Of a stretch of DNA of 64,000 nt, positions 41,156-49,207 are shown in pieces. The position numbers were made by a program, and so were the translations under genes. The stretch's first letter is position 1. Every line of letters begins with the position of its first letter. This DNA comes from Bacteroidales bacterium (GTDB taxonomy: Bacteria > Bacteroidota > Bacteroidia > Bacteroidales > WCHB1-69). Location: the NCBI GenBank assembly GCA_017994425.1, contig JAGOKS010000001.1:1294-65293 (forward strand). The letters are read 5' to 3'. The notes below the pieces were generated by a model. It saw nothing but the letters and a program-made list of their open reading frames with translations. It did not search any database and was not told the origin of the DNA.

Positions 41156-43063
41156 ATGGAAATTACAAGAACATTTGAATTATTAGATTGGATAGTAGAA
41201 AAATATCAAAAAAAAGATATCCTTGCGGGGAAAAAAGACGGGGAATGGATAACCTATAGCACCAACGATTACTACAAATATTCCGTATTGATGAGTTACG
41301 GTTTTCATGAAATCGGACTCCGAAAAGGGGATAAAGTGGTTAGTATTACAAACAATCGTCCCGAGTTTAATATTATCGACATGGCTCTTAGTATATTAGG
41401 AGTTATCCATGTGCCTATATATCCCACATTAAATCCTCACGACTACGAAATTATCGTAAATCATTCCGATGCCAAAGTTGTCATTATCGGTATACAGCAG
41501 ATATATAATCGCGTGCAACCGGCTTTTGCCAATTTCAAGCATCATCCCGAGATTTATACCTTAGATAAAATTGAGAATGAAAAGACATTGTATGATATTT
41601 TAAAGATTGGCATTTCAACTCGTAAAAAGAATGAAGAGCTTATCAACGAAATCAAAAAAACAATAGACACTGACGATATAGCTACCATTATTTATACTTC
41701 GGGTACTACCGGTGACCCTAAAGGAGTAATGTTATCGCATCGTAATTTGATTTCGAACTTCACTGCTCATGCCGAAGCCCAACCTTTGAACCATAATCAT
41801 AGAATTGTCAGTTTTTTACCATTGTGTCACATTTATGAACGCAGCATGAACTACGAATACCAATATTTGGGAGTAAGTATTTATTATGCGGAAAGTTTAG
41901 CTACCATTGCAGCAGATATTTTAGACGTTAAGGCAAACGGTTTTTGCTCCGTCCCCAGAATATTGGAAATGGTATACGATAAATTCATTGCTGCCGGTAA
42001 AGACCTTCACGGAATTAAGAAAATTATTTATTCTCTTGCTATTAATCACGGTCATCGTTACGACTTTAACAAAAATTTCTGGTATAACTTCTGGCAAAAA
42101 GTATTCGATAAACTGGTATATGTAAAATGGAGAGAGAAATTCGGCGGAAATAGAATGGCTATTGTTTGCGGCAGTTCTGCCGTGAGAGATAAAATTGTTC
42201 GTTTGTTCCATGCGGCCGGCTTAGAAGTGTATGAAGGATACGGTCTTTCGGAAACTTCTCCCGTTGTTGCTGTTAACAATGCAAATAACAAACGTGTTAA
42301 ACTCGGTACGGTAGGCACCATCCTCAAAGGTGTTGAGGTGAAACTCGCCGACGACGGAGAAATACTAACCAAAGGTCCTTGTTTGATGTTAGGTTATTAC
42401 AAAGATCCGGAATACACCAAACAAGTCATAGACGAAGAAGGGTGGTTTCATACTGGTGATATCGGTAAATTTGTAGATGGAGTTTATTTAAAAATTACCG
42501 ATAGGAAAAAAGAAATCTTCAAGCTATCGTCAGGGAAATACATCGCTCCGCAGTTGATAGAGAATAAGCTGAAAGAGTCGCCTTTAATTGTTGATTCGAT
42601 GGTGATTGGAGAAAACGAAAAGTTTGCCTCCGCCATCATTTCTCCAAATTTCAACTACCTGCATTTCTGGGCAGGGAAACACAAACTGCATTACAAAGAT
42701 AACGATGAACTTATTGCCCTCAAAGAAACCAATAAGCGTTTTCAAAAAGAACTTGATAGCTGTAATAAAACATTGGCACCGCACGAACAAATTAAATTTT
42801 TCCGTCTCGTTGCCGATGAATGGAGTCCGCAAACAGGAGAACTTTCGCCTACACTCAAATTAAAACGTAACGTATTAATGATTAAATACCAAAATCTTAT
42901 CAATCAAATTTATAAGAAACATACCGATTCCAACGGGCATGGATTTAGTTTGAAAAACATTAATTTATCCTTAATACAATTACGATCAACCATCGATACA
43001 GCCATTAAAAAAACAGGAGATACGCTCAAACCCGGGAATCCCAACAAAGAAAATAAAGATTAA
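41156..43063 (+). CDS. Long-chain fatty acid--CoA ligase (AMP-binding), paralog 1
   Basis: 635 aa. IIYTSGTTGDPKGVMLSHRN, GYGLSETSP and GWFHTGDIG motifs, plus a ~40-aa C-terminal extension absent from paralog 2. Confidence 0.85.
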   Translation: MEITRTFELLDWIVEKYQKKDILAGKKDGEWITYSTNDYYKYSVLMSYGFHEIGLRKGDKVVSITNNRPEFNIIDMALSILGVIHVPIYPTLNPHDYEIIVNHSDAKVVIIGIQQIYNRVQPAFANFKHHPEIYTLDKIENEKTLYDILKIGISTRKKNEELINEIKKTIDTDDIATIIYTSGTTGDPKGVMLSHRNLISNFTAHAEAQPLNHNHRIVSFLPLCHIYERSMNYEYQYLGVSIYYAESLATIAADILDVKANGFCSVPRILEMVYDKFIAAGKDLHGIKKIIYSLAINHGHRYDFNKNFWYNFWQKVFDKLVYVKWREKFGGNRMAIVCGSSAVRDKIVRLFHAAGLEVYEGYGLSETSPVVAVNNANNKRVKLGTVGTILKGVEVKLADDGEILTKGPCLMLGYYKDPEYTKQVIDEEGWFHTGDIGKFVDGVYLKITDRKKEIFKLSSGKYIAPQLIENKLKESPLIVDSMVIGENEKFASAIISPNFNYLHFWAGKHKLHYKDNDELIALKETNKRFQKELDSCNKTLAPHEQIKFFRLVADEWSPQTGELSPTLKLKRNVLMIKYQNLINQIYKKHTDSNGHGFSLKNINLSLIQLRSTIDTAIKKTGDTLKPGNPNKENKD

Positions 43064-43074
43064 AATATTATAGC

Positions 43075-44856
43075 ATGGAAATTACAAGGACATTCGATTT
43101 TCTTGAACAATTAAAAGAAAAATATGCGCATAAAACAGATATTTTAGCGCAAAAAAAGAATGGAGTATGGAAAAAAATAAGTGTCGACGAATATTATGAA
43201 AAGGCACATCTGCTTAGTTACGGCTTTTTAGCTTTGGGATTGCAACCACAAGATAAAGTGGTTACGGTTACTAACAATCGTCCCGAATGGAATTTTATTG
43301 ATATGGCCTTGGGAATGGCAAATTTAGTCCATGTGCCGGTATATCCTACCTTAGGAATTGAAGATTACAAATACATCATCCATCATAGCGATGCCAAGCT
43401 TGTTATTATAGGAAATGAAATTATTTTTAATGTAGTATATCCCGCTATTCAAGCCCTGGAAGTTAAACCGATTGTCTATACCGTGAATCCCATCGAAAAT
43501 CAAAAACATTTAGATGATATTAGCTTGTTGGGATTAAACACAAAAAACATCTATAACAAAACAATAGAGGAAAACAAAAAGAACATCAAACCTGAAGATT
43601 TATGTACCATTATTTATACCTCGGGCACTACCGGCACTCCCAAAGGAGTTATGCTGTCACATCGCGCCATCACTTTTAATGCAATGGCACATGGCAATAT
43701 GCAAATTGTTGACCACCGCCACAGGATGTTAAGTTTTCTCCCGCTTTGCCATATTTACGAACGTAGCATGAACTATTCTTTTCAATACCTTGGCGTTAGC
43801 ATTTATTATGCGGAAAGTCTAAGCACCATCGGTGCCGACTTGAAAGATGGCAATGTAAACGGATTCTGTTCCGTTCCCCGTGTATTGGAAATGACCTTTG
43901 AAAAGTTCCGTTCTGCAGGCAAAGACCTGAAAGGAATGAAAAAGAAAATCTACTTTTGGGCTTTTAATGCCGGACAGATTTTCGACAATAACAATAAATC
44001 ACCTTTCTATAGATTGAAATATTTCATTGCCGATAAATTGATATACAGCAAATGGAGAGAGAATTTAGGAGGCAACGAATTATTGATAGTCTCGGGAGGC
44101 TCTTCCATACAACCTAAGATAGTCAGACTTTTTACCGCAGCAAAAATGAAAGTAGTGGAAGGCTACGGATTGACCGAAACCTCTCCCGTTATTGCCGTTA
44201 ACAGACCCAAAGACAATCTCGTTCTCATCGGCTCTGTCGGGAAACTTATCGATGGTATCGAAGTGAAACTTGCCGATGACGGTGAAATCTTAACCAAAGG
44301 AGTATGCCTGATGATGGGCTATTACAAAGACCCTGCATATACCCAAGAAGTCATAGACGAAGAAGGCTGGTTCCATACCGGTGATATCGGCGAATTTACC
44401 AAAGACGGCTACCTCCGCATTACCGATCGTAAAAAAGATATTTTCAAATTATCGTCCGGAAAATACATTTCCCCACAGCTATTAGAAAATAAAATTAAAG
44501 AATCGCCATTTATCGAAAATGTCATGATAATCGGTGAAAACCAAAAATTTGTTTCTGCTTTGATATCTCCGAATTTCAATTATTTGCATTTCTGGGGAAG
44601 CAAACATAAACTTCATTATCGCGATAATGACGAATTGGTTGAAAATCCTCTGACAGTACAACGCATTAAAAAAGAAATCGACCAGATTAACGAGAAATTA
44701 GCCCCTCACGAACAAGTAAAACGCTTCCGCGTTGTGCACGAAGAATGGGGAAGCGCTACCGGCGAACTCTCCCCTACCTTGAAATTGAAAAGAAATGCCA
44801 TGCTGAAAAAATACGAAGCTACCATTGCCGAAATATTCGGCTCCTATTTCGATTAA
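43075..44856 (+). CDS. Long-chain fatty acid--CoA ligase (AMP-binding), paralog 2
   Basis: 593 aa. Colinear with paralog 1 from MEITRTF to the C-terminus, with the same AMP-binding motifs. Confidence 0.85.
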   Translation: MEITRTFDFLEQLKEKYAHKTDILAQKKNGVWKKISVDEYYEKAHLLSYGFLALGLQPQDKVVTVTNNRPEWNFIDMALGMANLVHVPVYPTLGIEDYKYIIHHSDAKLVIIGNEIIFNVVYPAIQALEVKPIVYTVNPIENQKHLDDISLLGLNTKNIYNKTIEENKKNIKPEDLCTIIYTSGTTGTPKGVMLSHRAITFNAMAHGNMQIVDHRHRMLSFLPLCHIYERSMNYSFQYLGVSIYYAESLSTIGADLKDGNVNGFCSVPRVLEMTFEKFRSAGKDLKGMKKKIYFWAFNAGQIFDNNNKSPFYRLKYFIADKLIYSKWRENLGGNELLIVSGGSSIQPKIVRLFTAAKMKVVEGYGLTETSPVIAVNRPKDNLVLIGSVGKLIDGIEVKLADDGEILTKGVCLMMGYYKDPAYTQEVIDEEGWFHTGDIGEFTKDGYLRITDRKKDIFKLSSGKYISPQLLENKIKESPFIENVMIIGENQKFVSALISPNFNYLHFWGSKHKLHYRDNDELVENPLTVQRIKKEIDQINEKLAPHEQVKRFRVVHEEWGSATGELSPTLKLKRNAMLKKYEATIAEIFGSYFD

Positions 44857-44889
44857 TACAGAAACTGATTTCGTGCCGAAAAAAGAATT

Positions 44890-44917
44890 GTAGAGACATA
44901 GAATGCTATGTCTCTAC
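44890..44917 (+). terminator. Perfect 12-bp hairpin after the second ligase gene (weak T-tract)
   Basis: gtagagacatag-aatg-ctatgtctctac. Confidence 0.4.
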
Positions 44918-44929
44918 GTTATTCCAATA

Positions 44930-45577
44930 ATTACTGTTTTGAAAGCAACAAAAAATATTAATAAAAGGATGTTTTTTGTTATCGTACGTTGTAAAAAGAA
45001 TAATACATAGTTATGCTCCAGTGATTAGATGCTTATCTGTTATTGTTAGGGTGCCCACCTTAGTCCGATTTGCCAGCTATGTAATGCTTCTTGGAAAGCC
45101 ATCAAATGAACCTAAGGAGCGCTCCCTAACACCGAAGGATGCTTATCAAATGATTGGACGATGCCTTTGCGTTTATCGTTTACTAACTGTGTAAATCAAA
45201 TTTCACGGCTTTACGCTCAGAAACTACTGAATTTAGTTGAACTATAATGATTCATGATTCATAATTTCTCTCGTGATTTACTTTTTACTTTTACCTTGTC
45301 CCTTTCCCCTTGGTTAGCGAGTTTGTTGCAAGTATTTCCCACCTTCATTAAAACGCCGTGCCTGTCTTTTTCATAGGAGATTGGGGAGTAGTTGCAAGGA
45401 GCTCCCATGCTCGTTGAAACGAGATTGCAATCTCATTTGAAAGAGTAAGGCAGGCCGTTTTAACGGACTTGGGACGTCCGGCGTACGACCTTGGGAACTC
45501 ATAAATGAGGCTATTACTATTGTTATCATTTATGTTTTTTTTTCAATGAAACAAATAAAAGTATATTTTTGCAAAAA
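44930..45577. other. ORF-poor, GC-richer, hairpin-dense spacer of unknown nature (candidate structured RNA and/or decayed recombination modules)
   Basis: Only one ORF of at least 60 aa, with non-protein-like composition. Nested stems 45045-45051/45124-45130 and 45058-45063/45112-45117, and local hairpins at 45410-45423, 45421-45434 and 45455-45466. Degenerate copies of the tggggag..ttgcaag module occur at 45382-45398 and near 45326. Confidence 0.35.
45564..45571 (+). promoter_or_regulatory. -7 box TAnnTTTG (tatttttg), copy 0 of the repeated promoter module
   Basis: gtatatttttgcaaaaacc resembles the two downstream promoter modules. It abuts the first 34-bp element. Confidence 0.4.
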
Positions 45578-45611
45578 CCACCCCTCTAAATCTCCCCAAG
45601 TGGGGAGACTT
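45578..45611 (-). repeat. 34-bp element, copy 1 (ccacccctctaaatctccccaagtggggagactt), inverted relative to the cassette copy
   Basis: 33/34 identical to the reverse complement of 49791-49824. It contains the palindrome tctcccca-ag-tggggaga. Confidence 0.85.
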
Positions 45612-45671
45612 GCAAGTGCAAGAGAGTTACAACAAACATTCATTTTTTTGTAAACCGATATAATTTATTTG

Positions 45672-45679
45672 TATTTTTG
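45672..45679 (+). promoter_or_regulatory. -7 box TAnnTTTG (tatttttg) driving the truncated stub ORF
   Basis: 22 nt upstream of the ATG at 45701. Confidence 0.5.
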
Positions 45680-45700
45680 CAAAACCAAATCATATAAAAA

Positions 45701-45820
45701 ATGAACCAAAGCTACAAGGCAATAAACTATCAATACGCTGTGGGGCAAAGTCTCCCCATTACCCACCCCTCTAAATCTCCCCAAATGGGGAGACTTGCGA
45801 AGGCGAGAGGGTTACATTAA
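45701..45820 (+). pseudogene. Truncated Rhs-tip cassette head (39 codons)
   Basis: MNQSYKAINYQYAVGQSLPI matches the cassette heads up to the left palindrome arm. It then reads through the inverted 34-bp element to a stop. Confidence 0.55.
45763..45796 (-). repeat. 34-bp element, copy 2 (ccacccctctaaatctccccaaatggggagactt)
   Basis: 34/34 identical to the reverse complement of 49791-49824. Confidence 0.9.
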
Positions 45821-45856
45821 ACAAGCATTTTTTCGTAAACCGATATAATTAATTTG

Positions 45857-45864
45857 TACCTTTG
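45857..45864 (+). promoter_or_regulatory. -7 box TAnnTTTG (tacctttg) for the first full toxin cassette
   Basis: 22 nt upstream of the ATG at 45886. Confidence 0.55.
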
Positions 45865-45885
45865 CATATCGAAATCATATAAAAA

Positions 45886-46719
45886 ATGAACCAAACCTAC
45901 AAGGCAACACTCTCACAACACGCACTACCGCAGTTCCTCCCCATTTATTCGTGGGGCTGTTTGAATTTTACATTAAGGTACTCATGCTTTCCGCTTCGCT
46001 CCAAGTGGGGAGGGAAGGGAGGGGTGATTTGGGGAGATTTAGAGGAGTGGAGCCTTAAAACTATGATGTTTGAGAAATATCCTTCCATTTCACCGTATAC
46101 CTATTGTGCAAATAATCCGATTCTTTTAGTAGATGATGATGGTCAAGAAATAAGAATTTATTATAAAGAAAAAACAGGTATTGCAAGGTTGTTTGAAAAG
46201 CCAAAATCAATAGTTTATACACCTGGAATGGTATATAGTGGAGGAAATAATTTTGTGAATAATGCCGTAAAAGCATTAAATTATGTAAAACAAGGGGATC
46301 AATTAGGGATTATAGAAAAAATTGCAAAAAATAATAAATTAATAAAAATAAAAGAAACTAAAGGTAATACTTTATATAATCCTTTTTCAAATACGGTAAG
46401 ATTTAATACAAAATTAGGACTGGCTTGTGTTGATGAAAATTTAGATGAAACAGGTGGAAAACAATCACCTGCGTTAGGTTTATTACATGAACTTGGTCAT
46501 GGATTTGTTGATATTTTTAAATCAATGAGTGAGAAATTATTTTTGTTAGGAACAGATGACCAATATGATAATAAAGAAGACGAATTTGTAATAACTCAAA
46601 TTGAAACACCAGCAGCAAAGATATTGGGGGAAGGAATAAGAGAAAATCATGATGGGAATGATTTTATAGCTAAAGATGTTAATTCAAAAGAAGAAATAAA
46701 TTCAAAAGAAAAGGAATAA
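45886..46719 (+). CDS. Rhs-tip polymorphic toxin cassette B: HExxH zincin-like metallopeptidase toxin domain
   Basis: The head ends in FEKYPSISPYTYCANNPILLVDDDGQE, the Bacteroidota Rhs core terminus pattern. The variable C-terminal part contains LLHELGHGF. The head carries a 28-aa insertion relative to cassette E. Confidence 0.75.
   Translation: MNQTYKATLSQHALPQFLPIYSWGCLNFTLRYSCFPLRSKWGGKGGVIWGDLEEWSLKTMMFEKYPSISPYTYCANNPILLVDDDGQEIRIYYKEKTGIARLFEKPKSIVYTPGMVYSGGNNFVNNAVKALNYVKQGDQLGIIEKIAKNNKLIKIKETKGNTLYNPFSNTVRFNTKLGLACVDENLDETGGKQSPALGLLHELGHGFVDIFKSMSEKLFLLGTDDQYDNKEDEFVITQIETPAAKILGEGIRENHDGNDFIAKDVNSKEEINSKEKE
46030..46119 (+). repeat. Conserved cassette-head homology block (partial) in cassette B
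   Basis: tggggagatttagaggagtgg...atgatgtttgagaaatatccttccatttcaccgtatacctattgtgcaaataatccg is shared with C, D and E. Confidence 0.8.
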
Positions 46720-46724
46720 TAAAG

Positions 46725-47213
46725 ATGAAAATTTTATTTTTAATTTTATATATGATGATTTCTTATTTGTCATTTTCACAATCAGATACTATAAATAATT
46801 TAATTAATAAGGTTTTATTTGATGAAAATGTCAAAATAAAAATAACATACAAAAAAACAACAATACCAAATTCAATAAAAAAAGAATTAAAAAATAAATA
46901 TGGCGTTTTTAGAATTGCAAATCCAAATATAAAGTATCAGCAAAACGATGTTATTAGATTTCCATGGCAATTACCAGATAATCAAATGTTATTTCTTATT
47001 AATAAAGGAAATTATTATGCTTTTATTTTTATTCATGGAGGTAGAGGAAAATCAATAAATTTTATTTTTTGTGAATTAGATAGAAACAAAAAAATTAGAA
47101 ATATTGATTATTTCTATATGCTATATAAAGTAAAAAGCATAGATGATTTTTTTTATGCAATAAAAAATGAAAAATATAAAAAAAATAAAATGATGTATGG
47201 TAACATAGAATAG
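46725..47213 (+). CDS. Putative immunity protein for cassette B (exported)
   Basis: 162 aa. It starts 5 nt after the toxin stop and has a signal peptide (MKILFLILYMMISYLSFSQS). Confidence 0.6.
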   Translation: MKILFLILYMMISYLSFSQSDTINNLINKVLFDENVKIKITYKKTTIPNSIKKELKNKYGVFRIANPNIKYQQNDVIRFPWQLPDNQMLFLINKGNYYAFIFIHGGRGKSINFIFCELDRNKKIRNIDYFYMLYKVKSIDDFFYAIKNEKYKKNKMMYGNIE

Positions 47214-47320
47214 TGGAAAATGTACCATCGGGTCCTTTATGTGGTAGTGTGCCATTTTAGGTATTTTCAAAAAATGAAAAATATAGTACAGAAATTCAAA
47301 GAGATAAGAAAAAGTAGAGA

Positions 47321-47527
47321 GAAAAACAAGGCTAAAGCAAAGCGATGAAGGATTATGTAGTTAATAATTTCAAGGCAATAAACTATCAATACGCTGTGGG
47401 GCAACTCTCCACTTACATTGATTTAGAGGGGTGTAGCCTTGAAACTATGATGTTTGAGAAATATCCTTCCATTTCACCCTATACCTATTGTGCTAATAAT
47501 CCGATGAAGTATGTAGACCCGACGGGG
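47321..47527 (+). repeat. Conserved cassette-head homology block, cassette C
   Basis: It runs from gaaaaacaaggctaaagcaaagcgATG through ..gtagacccgacgggg and includes ~24 nt of non-coding leader. Confidence 0.8.
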
Positions 47528-48139
47528 GAGGAAGGAGAAGATAGTGAATCATGGATTAAACGTAAGGATGGAACTTATGTTTTTGACAGTAGAGTGATAA
47601 CTCAAAAAGATGCAGAAAAATATTATGGAAAAGATGCTGAAGCAATTGCAGACGGGTACTATATTCAAACAACAAAGGGAGAGGTAATATTCTTAGACAA
47701 TGGGGTATACATGTTAAATGATAAAAAATATCAAGTAAAGGATCAAGCAAAAGGAATAGCTAAAGTAGTGGCTGAAATCAGAAATTTTGATGCTTCATTA
47801 GAAGGGCATAATGATGGTGATAATAGCGGCGACCCTTGGTTACAAAAAAATGTGGCTCCGGTATTAGAAGGATTGGCATTATTAAATCCACTTATTGGTA
47901 TTGCCAATGGCGTATATACAGCCGCTGCAGGTGAAGATATTTATGGAAATGAAGCCAGCACTGCAAATAGGATAATTTCAGGAGTGGGTGTGATTGCAGG
48001 AGGAGTGAGTAATGTTGCCAAAGGAACGGTGTCTACAGTTTCAAAAGGAATTGACAAAGCTATTGATGCTTGGACAGTGTATCAAACAATAAAAGCAGGG
48101 TATAAAAAACAAAATAATAATGAAAACAAGAAAAAATAA
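47345..48139 (+). CDS. Rhs-tip polymorphic toxin cassette C: Gly/Ala-rich C-terminal module (pre-toxin-TG-like or membrane-active)
   Basis: Head MKDYVVNNFKAINYQYAVGQ...FEKYPSISPYTYCANNPMKYVDPTGE. The tail reads LLNPLIGIANGVYTAAAGEDIYGNEASTANRIISGVGVIAGGVS. Confidence 0.7.
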   Translation: MKDYVVNNFKAINYQYAVGQLSTYIDLEGCSLETMMFEKYPSISPYTYCANNPMKYVDPTGEEGEDSESWIKRKDGTYVFDSRVITQKDAEKYYGKDAEAIADGYYIQTTKGEVIFLDNGVYMLNDKKYQVKDQAKGIAKVVAEIRNFDASLEGHNDGDNSGDPWLQKNVAPVLEGLALLNPLIGIANGVYTAAAGEDIYGNEASTANRIISGVGVIAGGVSNVAKGTVSTVSKGIDKAIDAWTVYQTIKAGYKKQNNNENKKK

Positions 48140-48383
48140 AGCCATTCTTTTCTCTTGTGGTTTTTTTGGCATTCTGGGATTTATTACTCTTTCGTCAAAG
48201 TTTCTTAATATTTTTAAAATGGGACCTTCCAGTTGGGAAGAAATAGGTCAATATTTACCTTTATCAATTATTTGTTCTTTGGTATTTGCAGCATGGGTAA
48301 CATGGGGTGGAGTTGGCGATAGTTTAATAAAGTTCTTTGCAAATCGCCGTAAAAATAAAAAAAAGGATAATAATGGGAAGTGA
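48120..48383 (+). CDS. Putative membrane immunity protein for cassette C
   Basis: 87 aa. It overlaps the toxin 3' end by 20 nt and has two hydrophobic segments (AILFSCGFFGILGFITL; LPLSIICSLVFAAWVTWGGV). Confidence 0.55.
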   Translation: MKTRKNKAILFSCGFFGILGFITLSSKFLNIFKMGPSSWEEIGQYLPLSIICSLVFAAWVTWGGVGDSLIKFFANRRKNKKKDNNGK

Positions 48384-48400
48384 TAAATTCTATGGATAAA

Positions 48401-48610
48401 AGAAAAAAACAAGACTAAACCAAAGCGATGAAAAATTATATAGTCAATAATTTCAAGGCAATAAACTCGCAATACACTGTGGGGCAACTCTCTATTGGTA
48501 TTGATTTAGAGGGGTGCAGCCTTAAAGCTATGATGTTTGAGAAATATCCTTCCATTTCACCGTATACCTATTGTGCGAATAATCCGGTAATGTTTGTTGA
48601 CCCGACGGGG
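48401..48610 (+). repeat. Conserved cassette-head homology block, cassette D
   Basis: Same block as in C and E, with scattered substitutions. Confidence 0.8.
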
Positions 48611-49207
48611 AAAGAGTGGGATTTAAGTGGTTTGACCGAATCTCAAAAGAAAACATGGGAATCAACAATGGCGTTTGCCTGTAAGTATAGTAAGTCATTC
48701 AATAAGATGTATAATCAATTGAACAAGTCTTCAACAGTCTATAAAGTAGCTGTTGATACAAAAATAAATACCAAAGGGGAATTTAATGCTAAGAATAACA
48801 CAGTTGCATTTAATTCTGAAGAATCAATAAAACAAGGAGACGTATATATTGAAGAATTATTTCATGCTTATCAAAAGGATAATGCTGATTTATATGAAAG
48901 TGGCAAAAGTTTTAATAAAGAATTTGAGGCAAAAGTTGCAAAACTTATTATAAAGAGTGAAATGGGTTCACCAATTATGAATTTTAAAAATACTAATATG
49001 GAAGGAATGGCTAATTATTTATTTGATAACGAAACGTATAAATTTTGTTTTCCGGATGAATTAGAAAGTAAAGAATTTAATGATAAATATATGAAAGAGG
49101 CAGAAAATTTTAAAAAATGGAATATTGAAAATAATTATGGAGATTCTCATTACAGAACTTTAACAAATCAATCGCCGAAATCATTATTAAAATTATTTGG
49201 AAAATGA
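48428..49207 (+). CDS. Rhs-tip polymorphic toxin cassette D: paralog of the cassette B toxin fold with EELFH in place of HELGH
   Basis: Head ..FEKYPSISPYTYCANNPVMFVDPTGKE. The body shares TKG..(Y/F)N...NTVxFN with cassette B, then reads YIEELFHAYQ. Confidence 0.7.
   Translation: MKNYIVNNFKAINSQYTVGQLSIGIDLEGCSLKAMMFEKYPSISPYTYCANNPVMFVDPTGKEWDLSGLTESQKKTWESTMAFACKYSKSFNKMYNQLNKSSTVYKVAVDTKINTKGEFNAKNNTVAFNSEESIKQGDVYIEELFHAYQKDNADLYESGKSFNKEFEAKVAKLIIKSEMGSPIMNFKNTNMEGMANYLFDNETYKFCFPDELESKEFNDKYMKEAENFKKWNIENNYGDSHYRTLTNQSPKSLLKLFGK

Larger units (their letters stand above)
45578..45907 (+). repeat. Two tandem 145-bp direct repeats (45578-45722 and 45763-45907), each carrying a 34-bp palindromic element, a promoter and ATGAACCAAA
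   Basis: Gapless hand alignment gives 127/145 identical positions, with a period of 185 bp. Confidence 0.85.

Noticed and set aside
44976-45194. 72-aa ORF in the spacer upstream of the toxin array
   Set aside because: It has Cys/Arg/Val-rich composition unlike the proteins of this genome and no upstream promoter box. It spans the nested stems.
47274-47348. 24-codon mini-ORF (MKNIVQKFKEIRKSREKNKAKAKR) ending in ATGA overlap with the cassette C start
   Set aside because: The equivalent frame upstream of cassettes D and E lacks an ATG or hits a stop. The nucleotide conservation is therefore not explained by this peptide, and it is probably fortuitous.
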